DNA of 64,000 nucleotides, from assembly GCA_963849325.1 (NCBI GenBank), contig CAWKHF010000012.1:512001-576000 (forward strand). The letters run 5' to 3'. Positions 44,984 through 56,787 of this stretch are shown piece after piece. The stretch comes from an uncultured Planctomycetota bacterium (GTDB taxonomy: Bacteria; Planctomycetota; Planctomycetia; Gemmatales; Gemmataceae). The position numbers and the translations under genes are program-made. The notes beneath the pieces were generated by a model. That model was not told the origin of the DNA, did no database searches, and saw only the letters and a list, made by a program, of their open reading frames with translations. Positions within the stretch are counted from its first letter, which is position 1, and each line of letters starts with the position of its first letter.

Positions 44984-47900
44984 GGCGTCGTGCTCCTGTC
45001 GGGTTGTTTGTCGGCGAGAAGGGCGGACAGCAGTGCATCGACCTGCTCGCCCGGCAGATCCTCGATTTTCTCCAGCAGTTCCTCCGGACTTTCCCCGGTG
45101 GGCGAGGCGGCCCCGTTGGCGTGTTCGACCGTGGCCGGCTCGGCGAGCGCTCCCGTGGTTGTGCCTTTCGTCCCGTCCGCTTCGGCCAACTGTTCGAGCA
45201 GAAGGTCGATCAGACGAGAGAGGCTCGGACTGCGCATCAGCTCCATAATCGGGAGATTGACTCGCAATTCCTGTTCGATCCAGTTGCGCAGCTCGACGGC
45301 CATGAGCGAGTCGATGCCGAGGTTGAGCAGGGGCTTGTCGATGTCGAGGCGATCGGCGGACATTCCGAGGACGCGGGCCACTTTGTCGCGGAGAAGCGCC
45401 TCCAGCAGACCGCGGCGCGCCGAGGGTGGGGCCGTACGCACGGCGTCGAGCGAGGGCAATCCGTCGGACGCTTCCAGGCCGGCGGCGCCCTCGTTTTGCC
45501 GCAGCAGGTGCGCGAAACGCGGCGAGACGCGCCCGGTGACACCCAGTCCACGCCAGCGCGACCAGTCCACGCGCATCACGCTGATCTGGACGGCCTGTCG
45601 CCGCATCGCTCGCTCCAGCAGGGTCAAGGCTTGACGCACGGTGAAGCTCTGCACGCCCTGGCGCTCCAGCCGCTCGCCGAGCTGAGGGCGTTCGGCGAGA
45701 TAGCCGACGTCGCCGAGATAGCCCCAGTTGACGGTCAGGGCGGGCAGTCCGCGAGCGCGGCGATACCAGGCGACGGCATCGAGGAACAGGTTCGCCGCCG
45801 CGTAGTTCCCCTGGCCGGCATGGCCGAAGACACTGGACAGCGACGAGAAGAGGATGAAGAAGTCCAGCGAATAGGGCAAGGTCTGCGTGTGCAGCTCCCA
45901 GGTCCCGCGCACCTTCGGCGCCAGGACACGCTGCATCAGGTCCCGATCGAGGTTGACCAGCAAGGCATCCTCCAGGACCATGGCAGCGTGGATGACGCCG
46001 CGCAAGGGAGGTCCATCGCGCTCGATCTCGGCCAACACGGCGGCAAGGTCTTCGCGCTTCGTCACGTCGGCCGCACGGACGAGAATGCGAGCGCCCAGCT
46101 CTTCCAATTCGGCCACGGCCTGCCGGTCCTCGGCCGAATGGAGGCCGCGCCGACCGAGCAGCACCAGATGTCGTGCCCCGCGTTCGACCATCCAATGGGC
46201 CACCGCCAAACCGAAACCGCCCAGCCCTCCCGTGATCAGATAGGTAGCGTCCGCATGGAACGCGATCGGCTCCTCGCCCGGAACCACGCGAGCGGGCCGT
46301 TCGCGCATCGACAGCACGATCTTGCCGACGTGCTTACTCTGTTGCATGTAGCGAAAGGCGGCGGCCGCGTCGGTAATCGGGAAGACACGGTGCGGCAGCG
46401 GGGCGAGCCGGCCCTCGTTGGCCTCCTGGACGAGTCCCCGAAACAGCGAGCCGAGCAGGGCCGGTCGCTCGCGGATCATGCGATCGAGGTCGATGGCATG
46501 GAAGGACAGGTTTTTGCGGAAGGGCCGCAGTCCCAGGCGGCTGTTGCCGTAGACGTCGCGCTTGCCGATTTCGAGGAATCGGCCATAGTCGGCCAGGGTC
46601 GCCACGCCGCGGACGAGAGCTTCGCCGGCCAGCGAGTTGAGCACCACGTCCACGCCGCGGCCGCCGGAGCGCTCCAGCACTTCGTCGGCGAAGGCAAGCG
46701 TCCGCGAATCCATGACGTGTTCGATGCCGAGCTGTTTCAGATAGTCGCGCTTCTCCGGCGTGCCGGCGGTGGCGAAAATCTCGGCCCCGGCGCGGCAAGC
46801 CCGCTGCACGGCGGCCAGGCCGACGCCGCCCGTCGCGGAGTGGATTAGGACGCGCTCGCCGGCGCCGAGATGGCCCAGGTGATCGAGAGCGTAGGACGCG
46901 GTCAGGAAGGCGATGGGGAGAGTTGCCGCCTCCTCGAAGCCGAACGATGGCGGTTTGAGCGCCACCAGTTCGGCTCGCGTCGTCACGTGACTGCCGAAGG
47001 CGAAGGGTGCGACGGCCAGCACTTCGTCGCCGATTTGCAGACCGCGGACGCCTTCGCCGACGGCCGTGATCCGGCCGCTGCATTCGGCGCCCAGCGGCAC
47101 CGGGCCGTCTCCCAGTCCGGGGTAAAGTCCCAGCGCCTTCAGGACGTCGCTGAAATTTAGGCCGGCGGCGACGACCTCGATTTCGACCTCGCCCGGCTGC
47201 GGCGGATGTCGCCGCATTGCTCGCAGCATCAAACCATCCAGGGTTCCGGGCTGCGTAGTCTCGAGACGGTACGCTGGGAAATCGGAGCCCGAAGCGTAAG
47301 CGAGGGTTGTTGACGTTCCCTCGCTTACGCTTCGGGCTCCGACGGATTTCGCACCGGCGGGTAGATAGCGATGGACGTAACGACCGGCCGAACGAAGGGC
47401 GATCTCGTCCTCGTCCTCGTCGGCCCACAATTCCTCGAAGAGAAGCGGAATGTCGGCCTCGCCGGAGGTGGGATCGAGGTCCACCATCTTGCAGCGCAAT
47501 CGCGGATATTCGCTGCAAAGGACGCGGCCCAGACCGAGAACGGGACTCTGTGCAACCTCCACCGACTGCGGCTTGTCGCCGACGGACTGGACCCCGCGCG
47601 TCACGAGAAACAGGCCCGCCGTCTTGTCGTCCGCAGTCCGGTCCCACGCTTGCACGAGATAAAGGACACTCAGTAAGCCCGCTTCCTGCGCCGCCTCCAG
47701 GGCCGAGACCTCCAGACCTTCGGCTGCCGGCGCATCGAGGTTCCAGAGGTGGACGATGCCCTTGCAAGCAGTCCCTTCGGCGGACAGGATCTCTTGGAAG
47801 AGCCGATCCATGTCCTCGCGCGCGAGGGATTGATGGCAAAAATCTCCTCACCGGAGGCGTCCTGTCCTGTTCCCGCGAAGACGAGAGTACAGCTTTCTCC

Positions 47901-50900
47901 TTCCGCACGCAGCCTCTCGGCGAGTCGCGCCGACCCCGCCGCGATCCGCGAAGATGAGCCAACGGCCCGGCCGTCCCCGTTGTTCCTGCCCCGATCCGGG
48001 CTGCAAACGCCACTCGTAGGCATACAGCCATTCGTCCAGCATATCGTCGGCGCCATCGGCGACGCGCTGGCTACGGAGTCCGCGCACCTGAGCCACCAGT
48101 TCGCGGTTTTCGTCGTAAATGTCGAGGTCGGCCGCGGAGGAGCGCGGCGTTTTCTGAAGCAGGCGAGCATGGACCCACAGCCGGCGCGTCGGACGGCGAT
48201 ACAGCCGGATCTGTTCGATTTCGACGGGGAGATACAGGCCGCCGACGACCTCATCGAAATCCGCGTCCGCGGGGATGACTCCCTGGAAGCAGGCGTCGAG
48301 GAGAGCGGGATGGAACAACCAATCGTCCTCTCCCGTCGTCGCGCCGTCCGGCAGATGAATCTCGGCCAGCGATTCCCGATCGCCCCGGCAAGCAGATTCG
48401 ACGCCCTGGAACAGCGGGCCGTAATCCAGCCCGAGCTTCCGCACGTAGGCATAACATTCCGCCCGGGAGAACACGTGCGGACAACGCCGGCGAACCTCGT
48501 CGGGAGAAAACGAACTCGGCGAGAGGGCCGAGGGAACGGAGCGGACGGTCGCGGTGCAATGCGCGGTCCACTCCACCTCCTCATCGGCGACTCGGCTGGA
48601 GATCCGCACGGTGCCGTCGCCGGACTGGAAGTCCGTGTGCAGCCGTCTGGCCTTGTCGGCGGAGAGGAAGCAAGGATTGGCCAGTTTGAGGTCTTCGATC
48701 TGATAGGCGCTCGCGCCGAATACCTCCCGAGCGACGGCGAAAACCATCTCCACGTAGGCGGTGGCCGGCACGATGACTGCCCGCTGGACGCGATGGTCGC
48801 CCAGGAACGGAAATAGCCGCAAATCGAGTCTCGTCTCCCAGGAGCCCACGGGCAGGGCGAGCGATTGGCCGAGCAAAGGGTGAGCGGGCGCCGCCAGGCG
48901 CATCCTCCGTGAATAGAGGGTCTCGAACCAGCAATGCTCGCGCTGCCAAGGGTACGACGGCAGCCGGACGACCGCCGCCGGGCCGGGCACGACGCCGGAC
49001 CAATTGATCGGATGGCCGAGGGTGTAAAGCCGAGCGAGGGAGTGAAGCATCGTGGCCCGCTCCTCCTCGCGGCGTCGCAACGACGGCACGACCTGGACTT
49101 TCTTGCCGCGATGCTGAGAACACTCCGCGACCGATGCCGTCAGCACCGGATGCGGGCTTAGCTCCAGGATTGTGTCACACCCCATCTCGAGGAGAAGATC
49201 GACGCTTTCGGCGAAACGTACCGTCTGCCGGACATTTCGCCACCAGTATTCCGGTCCCAGTTCGAGACCGTCGATCCGGCTGGCGCGGACGGTGGAGAAC
49301 AGAGGGATCGTCGCCGGCCTCGGCTGGATGCCGCGCAACGATTGCAGCAGTTCGTCGCGCACCGGGTCCATCTGGGCGCTGTGGAAGGCGTAATGGACTT
49401 GCAGAAAGCGGACAAAGACCTGCCGCTGTTCCAGTCGGCGAGCAATCTCTTCCAGGGGACCGCTCTCGCCCGAAAGGGTAACGGAGAACGGACTGTTGAC
49501 GGCGGCAAGACTAACCCGATCGCCAAAGGGAGCCAGCAGTTCCCGAGCTTCTTCGGCGGATACGCCGGCGGCGAGCATCCGGCCGCGCGACGGGGCCAAT
49601 TCCATGCACCGGCCGCGCTGGTAGATGACGCGCACCGCGTCTTCGAGGCTGAAGACGCCGGAGAGGTGGGCGGCGGCGACTTCGCCGACGCTGTGTCCGA
49701 CGATCGCTTCCGGCCGAACACCCCAGGAGCGCCACAGGGCGGCCAGTCCGACCTGCAGCGCGAAGATCGCCGGCTGCGAAATGGCGGTCACATTCATGCG
49801 CGAATGCGCTTCGTCCGCGCTCAGTTCCTCAAGGAGCGACCAAGGGCCGAGCTGGCGCACGATTTCATCGCAGCGCTGGATCACGTCGCGGAAGACCGGC
49901 TCGTGTTCCAGGAGTTGACGTCCCATGCCCCACCATTGCGGCCCTTGCCCCGAACAGACGAAGGCCAGCCGCGGCCTCTGCCCCGCCCCCACTCGGTCCG
50001 ACGACGCGCCCGGCGCGGGTTGGCCGGACGCGAACGCCGCGAGTTGCTCGGACAGTTCTTGCCGCGAATGGGCGACGAGAGCCAGGCGGTGATCGTGATG
50101 ACTGCGGCGGACGGCCGCGTTGTAGGCGAGATCGTGGAGCGAAACCTCGTCGGGACAACGGGCCAGATAATCCTGCCAGGCGGCGGCCATCGCCCGCAGC
50201 GCCTGCGGACTGCGGGCGGACAACGTCAGCAACTCAGGGGTCAGGGGACAGGGGTCAGGGGTCCGATCGCCATTGCCTGCGTGCCGACTCCTGACCCCTG
50301 ACCCCTGACCCCTGACCCCTGGTTTCGGCGCTTCCTGCAAGACGACATGGGCATTGGTGCCGCCGTATCCAAAGGAGTTGACGCCGGCCACGGCCGGCCC
50401 GTCATGGGTCGGCCAGGGTTCGCATTCGACCGGCACGCGCAGGCGCAGTTGTGCGAAGTCGATGGATGGATTGGGCTGAACGAAATGCAGGTTCGCCGGA
50501 ATGCGATGGTGGTGCAGCGCCAACGCCGCCTTGATCAGACCGGCGATGCCGGAGCCGGCCTCCAGATGACCGATGTTCGTCTTGACCGAGCCGATTACAC
50601 AGGGACGATTCGCCGGCCGTTGGTCGCACAGGACGCGGCCCAGGGCTTGCGCCTCAATCGGATCGCCGACCAGGGTGCCGGTGCCGTGGGCCTCGATGTA
50701 CTGGACTTGCGCGGGAGAGATGCCGGCATTCTGGTACGCCTGCCGTAGCAGGGCTTCCTGTGCTTCTGGACGCGGAACGGTCATGCCGGGGGTACGGCCG
50801 TCCTGATTCACGGCCGTTCCACGGATGACGGCGTAAATGTGATCGCCGTCGGCCAGGGCGCGAGACAGGGGCTTCAGGACGACCATGCCCACGCCCTCGC

Positions 50901-51669
50901 CGCGGACGAAGCCGTTGGCGCCGGCGTCGAAGGCGTGACAGCGGCCATCGGGCGACAGCATCCCCAGGCGGCTGAAACCGATGTACCAATCCGGCAGCAG
51001 CAGGGCGTTAACGCCGCCGGCCAGCGCCAGCGGACAGCCTTCCTCCCAGATACTCCGGCAGGCAAGGTGGACGGCCACCAGCGCCGAGGAGCAAGCGGTA
51101 TCGACGGCGGCGCTGGGGCCGCGAAGGTCGAAGCAGTAGGAGATACGGTTGGCGGCGATGCTCAACGAGCCGCCCGTGTTCGTGTAGACGTCGATCCCTC
51201 CCCGATCGTGGAAATCGAGCTGCATGAACGAGTAATCCCAGGTGGAGATGCCGACGAAGACCGCGGTCTTGCTGCCGGCGACGCGCTCTAGCACCTGTCC
51301 GCCGTCTTCCAGCGCCTCCCAGGCCGCTTCCAGCAGAAGACGCTGCTGAGGGTCCATGCGGCACGCTTCACGCGGCGAAATGCCGAAAAAGTGCGGATCG
51401 AACTGATCGATGTCGTCCAGGAAGCCGCCCCAACGTGCGTGAGATTTACCCGGTTTGCCCGTTTCCGGATCGTAAAACGCCTTTTGATTCCAGCGTCCAG
51501 CGGGCACCTCCGTGACGGCATCCACGCCCCTGGCGAGCACGTCCCAAAAGCTCGCCGGGTCGTTGGCCCCGCCGGGGAAGCGGCAGCCGATCCCGATGAG
51601 GGCAATCGGTTCGTGTACGCACGAGGGGGGAGGAACGGGGGCGTGCCCGTTGGTTTGATTTTCGATCAT
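44980..51669 (-). CDS. Type I PKS KS-AT-DH-ER-KR-ACP, frameshifts near 47935 and 47820
   Basis: DTACSS, HGTGT, GHLE (KS); GHSVG, YAFHS (AT); HRVQRAVIVP, LDACFQ (DH); HSATGGVG (ER); GGLGGFG, YAAAN (KR); GIDSL (ACP). Confidence 0.93.
47282..47342. repeat. REP-like palindrome family A, in-frame in the PKS
   Basis: 25-bp perfect IR TCGGAGCCCGAAGCGTAAGCGAGGG; read as VGARSVSEGTSTTLAYASGSD. Confidence 0.9.
50234..50321. repeat. Inverted heptamer arrays (TCAGGGG)n/(CCCCTGA)n, in-frame in the KS-AT linker
   Basis: Translated as PGVRGQGSGVRSR...TPDPCPLTPE. Confidence 0.85.
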
Positions 51670-51735
51670 GGCTCTCTCTGCTCACAACGGCGGCCCCGAA
51701 GGGCGCCGGCGCTGAATCATTCCGTGGAAACCTTA

Positions 51736-51797
51736 TTTAGCCGCGACGCGCAGCGGAGCGCGGGGCTGCCCGCGCTCCGCTGCGCGTCGCGGCTAAA
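51736..51797. repeat. REP-like palindrome family C in the PKS leader
   Basis: TTTAGCCGCGACGCGCAGCGGAGCGCGGG...CCCGCGCTCCGCTGCGCGTCGCGGCTAAA. Confidence 0.88.
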
Positions 51798-51996
51798 CAA
51801 AGAGAGGCTCCGCAGAGACAGCGGGATGTCAGTCCGCGACCGCTTCTCTTAGTAATCCTAACAAAGACCCCTCATCCGGACAAATTTCTCTATCCCCCGC
51901 AGTCCCTAGACATCAACTTTCTCCTCCTACAATCGGAGCGATAGGACGTTGAGGGCTGAACCGGACCCGCGATAGCACGAAAGACACTCAGTTTCC

Positions 51997-52026
51997 TTGC
52001 AACCGGAGTGCCGGTGGAGGTAGAAT
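51997..52026 (+). promoter_or_regulatory. Sigma70-like promoter candidate for the ABC exporter
   Basis: TTGCAA-N18-TAGAAT, about 45 nt before the GTG at 52070. Confidence 0.45.
51998..52013 (-). promoter_or_regulatory. Sigma54 promoter candidate directed at the PKS-NRPS
   Basis: CGGCAC-TCCGG-TTGCA on the minus strand. Confidence 0.7.
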
Positions 52027-52069
52027 TCTCACAGAGGAGGCGAACCCACGGACCCACTCCGATAAAAAT

Positions 52070-53198
52070 GTGAGAATCCCTTATTCCCTTATCCTCATCG
52101 GCCGCGAGCGGGGCCGTTACTTGCCGGCCATTCTGGCCGTCGCCTTTTGTGCGCAGCTGAACATCTTGCAGTGGGGCCTCCTTTTCGGCACTCTCTCGGT
52201 GCTGTCGGTGCCGATCGATCGCAGCCGGGCCGACGTGTGGGTGGCGTCCCGCGACGTGCTGAGTCTGGAACTGGGCCATCCCATCCCGGAGTCCTGGGAG
52301 TCCCGCCTCGCCAGCCAGCCCGGCGTCGAGCGGACGGAAATCTACCTGTTCAGCTTCGGCTACTGGCATAAGCCATCGGGCGGCTCCGAGGTGTGCTGCA
52401 TCATTGGTTCTCACCTGGGCGAGCAATCCCTCGGGGCGCTGGCGGACCTCACGCCGCAGATGCGGACGCGCCTGACCGAGCCGGGTGCGGTGGTCATTGA
52501 TGCCTCGGAACTGGATCGCCTCGGCGTCAAGGGCGTCGGCGATTCGGCCGAGGTGTACGACCATCGCGTCTCGGTGGTCGGACTGGTGCATGGCTTCAAG
52601 AGCGTTGGCGGGCCTTACGTTTTCTGTTCGCTGCGCACGGCGCGGATGATCTTGCCCTTATTTCAGGAGAAGCCGCACGACACCATGTACTTGTTGGCCC
52701 GCTGCCGCGACCGTCGCGCGGCCGGCGAACTGATCGAACACCTGCGCGAGTACCCCGACCTGTCGGCGTTCACCCGCGAGGAGTTCTCCTGGCGGACGCG
52801 GACGTACTGGTTGACGCAGACTAACGCCGGCATTGGCATGGGCTGCACGGCGGCGCTGGCCCTGCTGGTCGGATTGGTCGTGACCAGTCAAACGCTGTAC
52901 GCGGCGACGACCGCCTCGCTGCGCGAATACGCCGTACTGCGGCGCTGGGCATCCCGCGCTGGCGCATGGGCGCCATGGTCGTGGCGCAATCGTTCTGGGT
53001 CGGACTCTTTGGGATTGTCCTGGCCGTGCCCGTGATCTTCATCCTCGGCGCCGGGGCCAACTTCGCCGGCGCCGGGTGCTGCTGCCGACGTGGCTGTTCG
53101 CCGTCGGCAACGCCCTGACCATGATCATGGCCCTGCTGGCGGGATTGACCGCGCTGCGGTCCCTGCGATTGGTGGAACCCATCACCTTGTTGCGCTGA
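52070..53198 (+). CDS. ABC exporter permease (FtsX/DevC-like), frameshifts near 52945 and 53075
   Basis: AVAFCAQL..LQWGL, ADVWV, SQTLYA..LREYAVL, C-terminal VEPITLLR-TGA. Confidence 0.82.
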
Positions 53199-53219
53199 AT
53201 CGCTGAGGGGCGACGCCGA

Positions 53220-53960
53220 ATGTCGTCGGAGAAACCAACGCTGGAAGCTCGCCACCTGTTCCGCTCCTTCGGCGAAGGGGAGACGGCCACGGCTGTGCTG
53301 CGCGACGTTTCCTTGGACCTGTACGGCGGCGAAGTCGCGTTGATGATGGGGCCTTCGGGCAGCGGCAAATCGACGCTCCTGGCCGTCCTGTCCGGTCTGC
53401 TTCGACCCGACCGCGGCGACGTCGTGGCCCTGGGGCAGCACTTGGGGCGGCTGTCGGAGAAAGCCCAGCGGCAGTTTCGCCTTCGACACTGCGGCTTCAT
53501 TTTCCAGGGATTCAACCTCTTTCCGTCCCTGACCCCCCGCGAGCAGCTGGAGATGGTGCTACGCTGGGGAGAGGGGACATCCGACCGCGAGGCGCGGCGG
53601 CGGGTGGGCGAGGTCTTGGAGCAACTCGGCCTCGGCGGACGCGGCGACCTGACCGCCGATCAACTCTCCGGCGGCGAAAAGCAGCGCGTGGCCATCGCCC
53701 GCGCCTTGCTCAAGAACCCGACCTTCTGCTTCGCCGACGAGCCGACCAGCTCGCTCGACTGGGCGCACGGCGAACAGGTAATCCAACTGTTGCAGCGCGC
53801 CGCCCATGAGCGGGGGGCAACCATTTTCATCGTCGCCCACGACGCTCGGATCGTGCCTTACGCCGACCGAGTCTTTTCCCTGGACGACGGGCGTCTGACG
53901 GCACCGCCTGTGCTGTCTCATTCGGAAGGAGCAGGACCAAAGAGAAGTTCTGAGTTCTGA
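53220..53960 (+). CDS. ABC exporter ATP-binding protein (LolD/DevA-like)
   Basis: GPSGSGKST, LSGGEKQRVAIARAL, ADEPT. Confidence 0.93.
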   Translation: MSSEKPTLEARHLFRSFGEGETATAVLRDVSLDLYGGEVALMMGPSGSGKSTLLAVLSGLLRPDRGDVVALGQHLGRLSEKAQRQFRLRHCGFIFQGFNLFPSLTPREQLEMVLRWGEGTSDREARRRVGEVLEQLGLGGRGDLTADQLSGGEKQRVAIARALLKNPTFCFADEPTSSLDWAHGEQVIQLLQRAAHERGATIFIVAHDARIVPYADRVFSLDDGRLTAPPVLSHSEGAGPKRSSEF

Positions 53961-54011
53961 GTGAAGACCATCGGATTTCACTCAGAACTCAGAACTCAGA
54001 ACTCAGAACTT
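53945..54011. repeat. Inverted heptamer arrays (AGTTCTG)n/(CAGAACT)n
   Basis: Overlaps the ATPase stop codon. Confidence 0.85.
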
Positions 54012-54027
54012 CGAGAGGCCCCATGCC

Positions 54028-55110
54028 ATGAATCGCTCGTCCACGTCTCGCCGTGTGCTGTGGCTGCTGGCGCTGGGACTTCTCGCGCTGGGCACCCCGG
54101 CGGCCGGCCTGTTGTTCAGCTACTCCTCTCGCGGCGCTCTGCCGGTGCAGGAGCCGGGCGGCGGTCCCAACGCCCCCGCCGGCGGATCGGGAGTCGTCTG
54201 CTTCGGTCAGGTCGATCTGCAACATGGCGTGACCGCTCTGGCCCCTCTTCAGCCGGGGCGCGTGACGGAGGTGCTCGTCCACGAGGGCCAGACGGTCTCC
54301 GAGGGCACGGTCCTGCTCCGCCTGGACGATCGCCTGTCCCGGAGCCGAGTCGCGGAGGCGCAAGCGGCGCTGGACGCCGCTCAATTGCGGCTCGATCAAG
54401 CCCATAAGTTGCCGGACCAGCAGCAAAGCCGAATCGCCCAGCAGCAAGACGCCGTCGAGGCCATGCGCCGCCGACTGTCGGCGGCCCGTCACCAGTACGC
54501 GCGGCAGCAGGGGTTGGTGAAAAAGCAACTCCTCGACGCCAATGATCTCGCCGCCACCGAAGACCACGTCCAGGAGTTGGAGGCCATGCTGCGAGGCGAG
54601 GAAAAGCGCCTGGACGAGTTGAAAAAGCAAGATCCATCCGATGACGCGCGGCGAGCCGAGAAAGAAGTCGTCGTCATGCAGGCGCGCCGCGACCAGGCCC
54701 GCATCGCCCTGGACGACTGTGTCTTGAAGGCGCCGCGCCGCGGTACGGTGCTTCGCCTCCTTGTCGGCCCGGGCGACGTTCTCGCCGCTCAATCGAAGCA
54801 GCCGGCCGTCCAGTTCGCCGCTGAGGGGCCGCAGGTGGTGCGCGCGGACGTCGAGCAGGAGTTCATCGGAAGGGTCACGGAGGGGCAATCCGTCATCGTC
54901 GAGGACGAGACCCGGAAGGGACAGACCTGGCGCGGCAAGGTGGAGCGCATCTCCAACTGGATCACCCAGCGCCGCTCTGTCCTGCGCGAGCCGTTTGAGT
55001 TCAGCGACGTCCGCACGGTCGAAACCCTCATCACTCTGGAACCGGGCCAACCGCCTCTTCGTATTGGACAGCGAGTGCGCGTACTCATCGGCTCGGCCAA
55101 GCCACAATGA
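54028..55110 (+). CDS. HlyD/DevB-type membrane fusion protein
   Basis: N-terminal TM, GRVTEVLVHEGQTV..G..LLRLD, coiled coil, LKAP..GTV. Confidence 0.88.
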   Translation: MNRSSTSRRVLWLLALGLLALGTPAAGLLFSYSSRGALPVQEPGGGPNAPAGGSGVVCFGQVDLQHGVTALAPLQPGRVTEVLVHEGQTVSEGTVLLRLDDRLSRSRVAEAQAALDAAQLRLDQAHKLPDQQQSRIAQQQDAVEAMRRRLSAARHQYARQQGLVKKQLLDANDLAATEDHVQELEAMLRGEEKRLDELKKQDPSDDARRAEKEVVVMQARRDQARIALDDCVLKAPRRGTVLRLLVGPGDVLAAQSKQPAVQFAAEGPQVVRADVEQEFIGRVTEGQSVIVEDETRKGQTWRGKVERISNWITQRRSVLREPFEFSDVRTVETLITLEPGQPPLRIGQRVRVLIGSAKPQ

Positions 55111-55143
55111 AACAAGGGCGGTGGATATTCGATTTCCAAATCG

Positions 55144-55219
55144 ACCACGGATAAAAGACAAAAAGGTGAAAGCGATTATTCCTCTTAATTTATCCGTGTT
55201 ATCCGTGTTATCCGTGGTT
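55144..55219. repeat. Inverted nonamer repeat element (ACACGGATA / TATCCGTGT)
   Basis: ACCACGGATAA...TTATCCGTGTTATCCGTGTTATCCGTGGT. Confidence 0.85.
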
Positions 55220-55248
55220 AATTCTTCATGGATCGTCGCGATGATCTT

Positions 55249-56517
55249 TCACGTGCTGCCTGGCTCCATCTCGTCGAGCAGATGCCCGAGCTTGTCCTTC
55301 TTGGTTTGCAGGTAGCGTAGGTTGTTCTGGTTGGGCGGGATCTGGATCGGCACGCGCTCGACGATGCGCAGCCCGTAGCCGTCCACGCCGACGACCTTCT
55401 TGGGATTGTTCGTCAGCAGGCGAATCTGGCGGACGCCGAGGTCGAGCAGGATCTGCGCGCCGATGCCGTAGTGGCGCAGGTCGGCGCCGAAGCCGAGACG
55501 GTGGTTCGCCTCGACCGTGTCCAGCCCCTCTTCCTGCTGGAGCTTGTAGGCTTGCAGCTTGGACAACAGGCCGATGCCGCGCCCTTCCTGTCGCATGTAC
55601 AGCACGACGCCCTTGCCGGCCTCGGCGACCTGCCGCATGGCCTGGTGCAGCTGCGAGCCGCAGTCGCACAACATGCTCTCGAAGATGTCGCCGGTCAGAC
55701 ATTGGCTGTGAATGCGCACCAGCACCGGCTCGTCCTGCACCGGCACCACGCCGCCGACCTCGACGCCGACGCCGCCCATGCACAGGGCCAGGTGCGGCTC
55801 GGGATCGACCACCGACGTATAGGCGATCAGGTCGAACTCGCCGAAGCGCGTCGGCAGCTTCAGCGACAGCTCGCGGTGGATCAGCCGTTCGCGCTGGCGG
55901 CGATACTTGATGAGGTCCTCGATCGTGCACATCTTCAGGCCGTGCTGCCGGCAGAAGGCGCAGCAGGTCGGGCAGGCGGGCCATGTTGCCTTCGGGCGTC
56001 ATGATCTCGCAGATGACGGCCGCCTCCTTGAGGCCGGCCAGCCGGGCCAGATCGACGCTGCCCTCGGTGTGGCCGGCACGGACCAGGACGCCGCCCTCGC
56101 GGGCCCGCAGGCCGGGCACGTGCCCCTTGCCGACGACGAGGTCGGCCGGCGGTCGAGTGCTCGTCGATGGCCACGCTGGATGGTGCGGGCGCGGTCGAAG
56201 GCCGAGGTGCCGGTGGTGATGCCGGTGCGGGCGTCGATGTGCGGCGTCCACGGCGTCGCCTGGGCATCGACGTTGCGGCCGGGCAACGGCTCCAGGCCGA
56301 GCCGATCGCAGATGGCCGCCGACATGGCCAGGCAGAGGATGCCGCAGCCGTTGCGGACCATGAAGTTGATCGCCTCCGGCGTCACCTTCTCGGCCGCGAT
56401 GACCAGGTCGCCCTCGTTCTCGCGGTACTCGTCATCGACCAGGACGATCATGCGACCCTGCCGCAGTTCCTCCAGGGCCTCCTCGATGGTGCAAAAACCG
56501 TCCGGCTCGGTAGACAT
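55249..56517 (-). CDS. ribBA: Bifunctional DHBP synthase / GTP cyclohydrolase II, frameshifts near 56160 and 55960
   Basis: [50 protein letters not shown]. Confidence 0.92.
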
Positions 56518-56537
56518 GCTCGTCCCCTTGAGATTGC

Positions 56538-56573
56538 GGCCGCTCGCGGCCTGGCGCCAGGCCGCGAGCGGCC
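56538..56573. repeat. Perfect 36-bp palindrome in the ribBA leader
   Basis: GGCCGCTCGCGGCCTGGC|GCCAGGCCGCGAGCGGCC. Confidence 0.8.
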
Positions 56574-56787
56574 TTGTCCCTTTATTCTATGCCGGCACGC
56601 GATGGTGACGTCGAGGATTGCCGCGCGATTGCTTGACCGCGGATGGCCGGAAGTAAGACAATGAGGGAGAATCGGTCTGTGTCGGTGACTTCCTGCCCTC
56701 CGCCGCCTGTCTCCCCGGAACGCGGCACGTCCATCGCCTGCCTGGAAACCGCCTTCCGGCGGATCGGAACAGCGAGTGACAACAACC

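Noticed and set aside
44984-46195. N-terminal 400 aa of the 1809-aa NRPS ORF
   Set aside because: It overlaps the PKS KR-ACP in another frame; the real start is the ATG at 44983 coupled to the PKS stop.
56723-56738. Fourth sigma54 promoter before the inositol synthase
   Set aside because: GG-N10-GC spacing fits, but the -12 box is TCGCC rather than TTGC, too weak in GC-rich DNA.
56518-56787. FMN riboswitch upstream of ribBA
   Set aside because: No RFN consensus segments were recognised; only a perfect palindrome is present.
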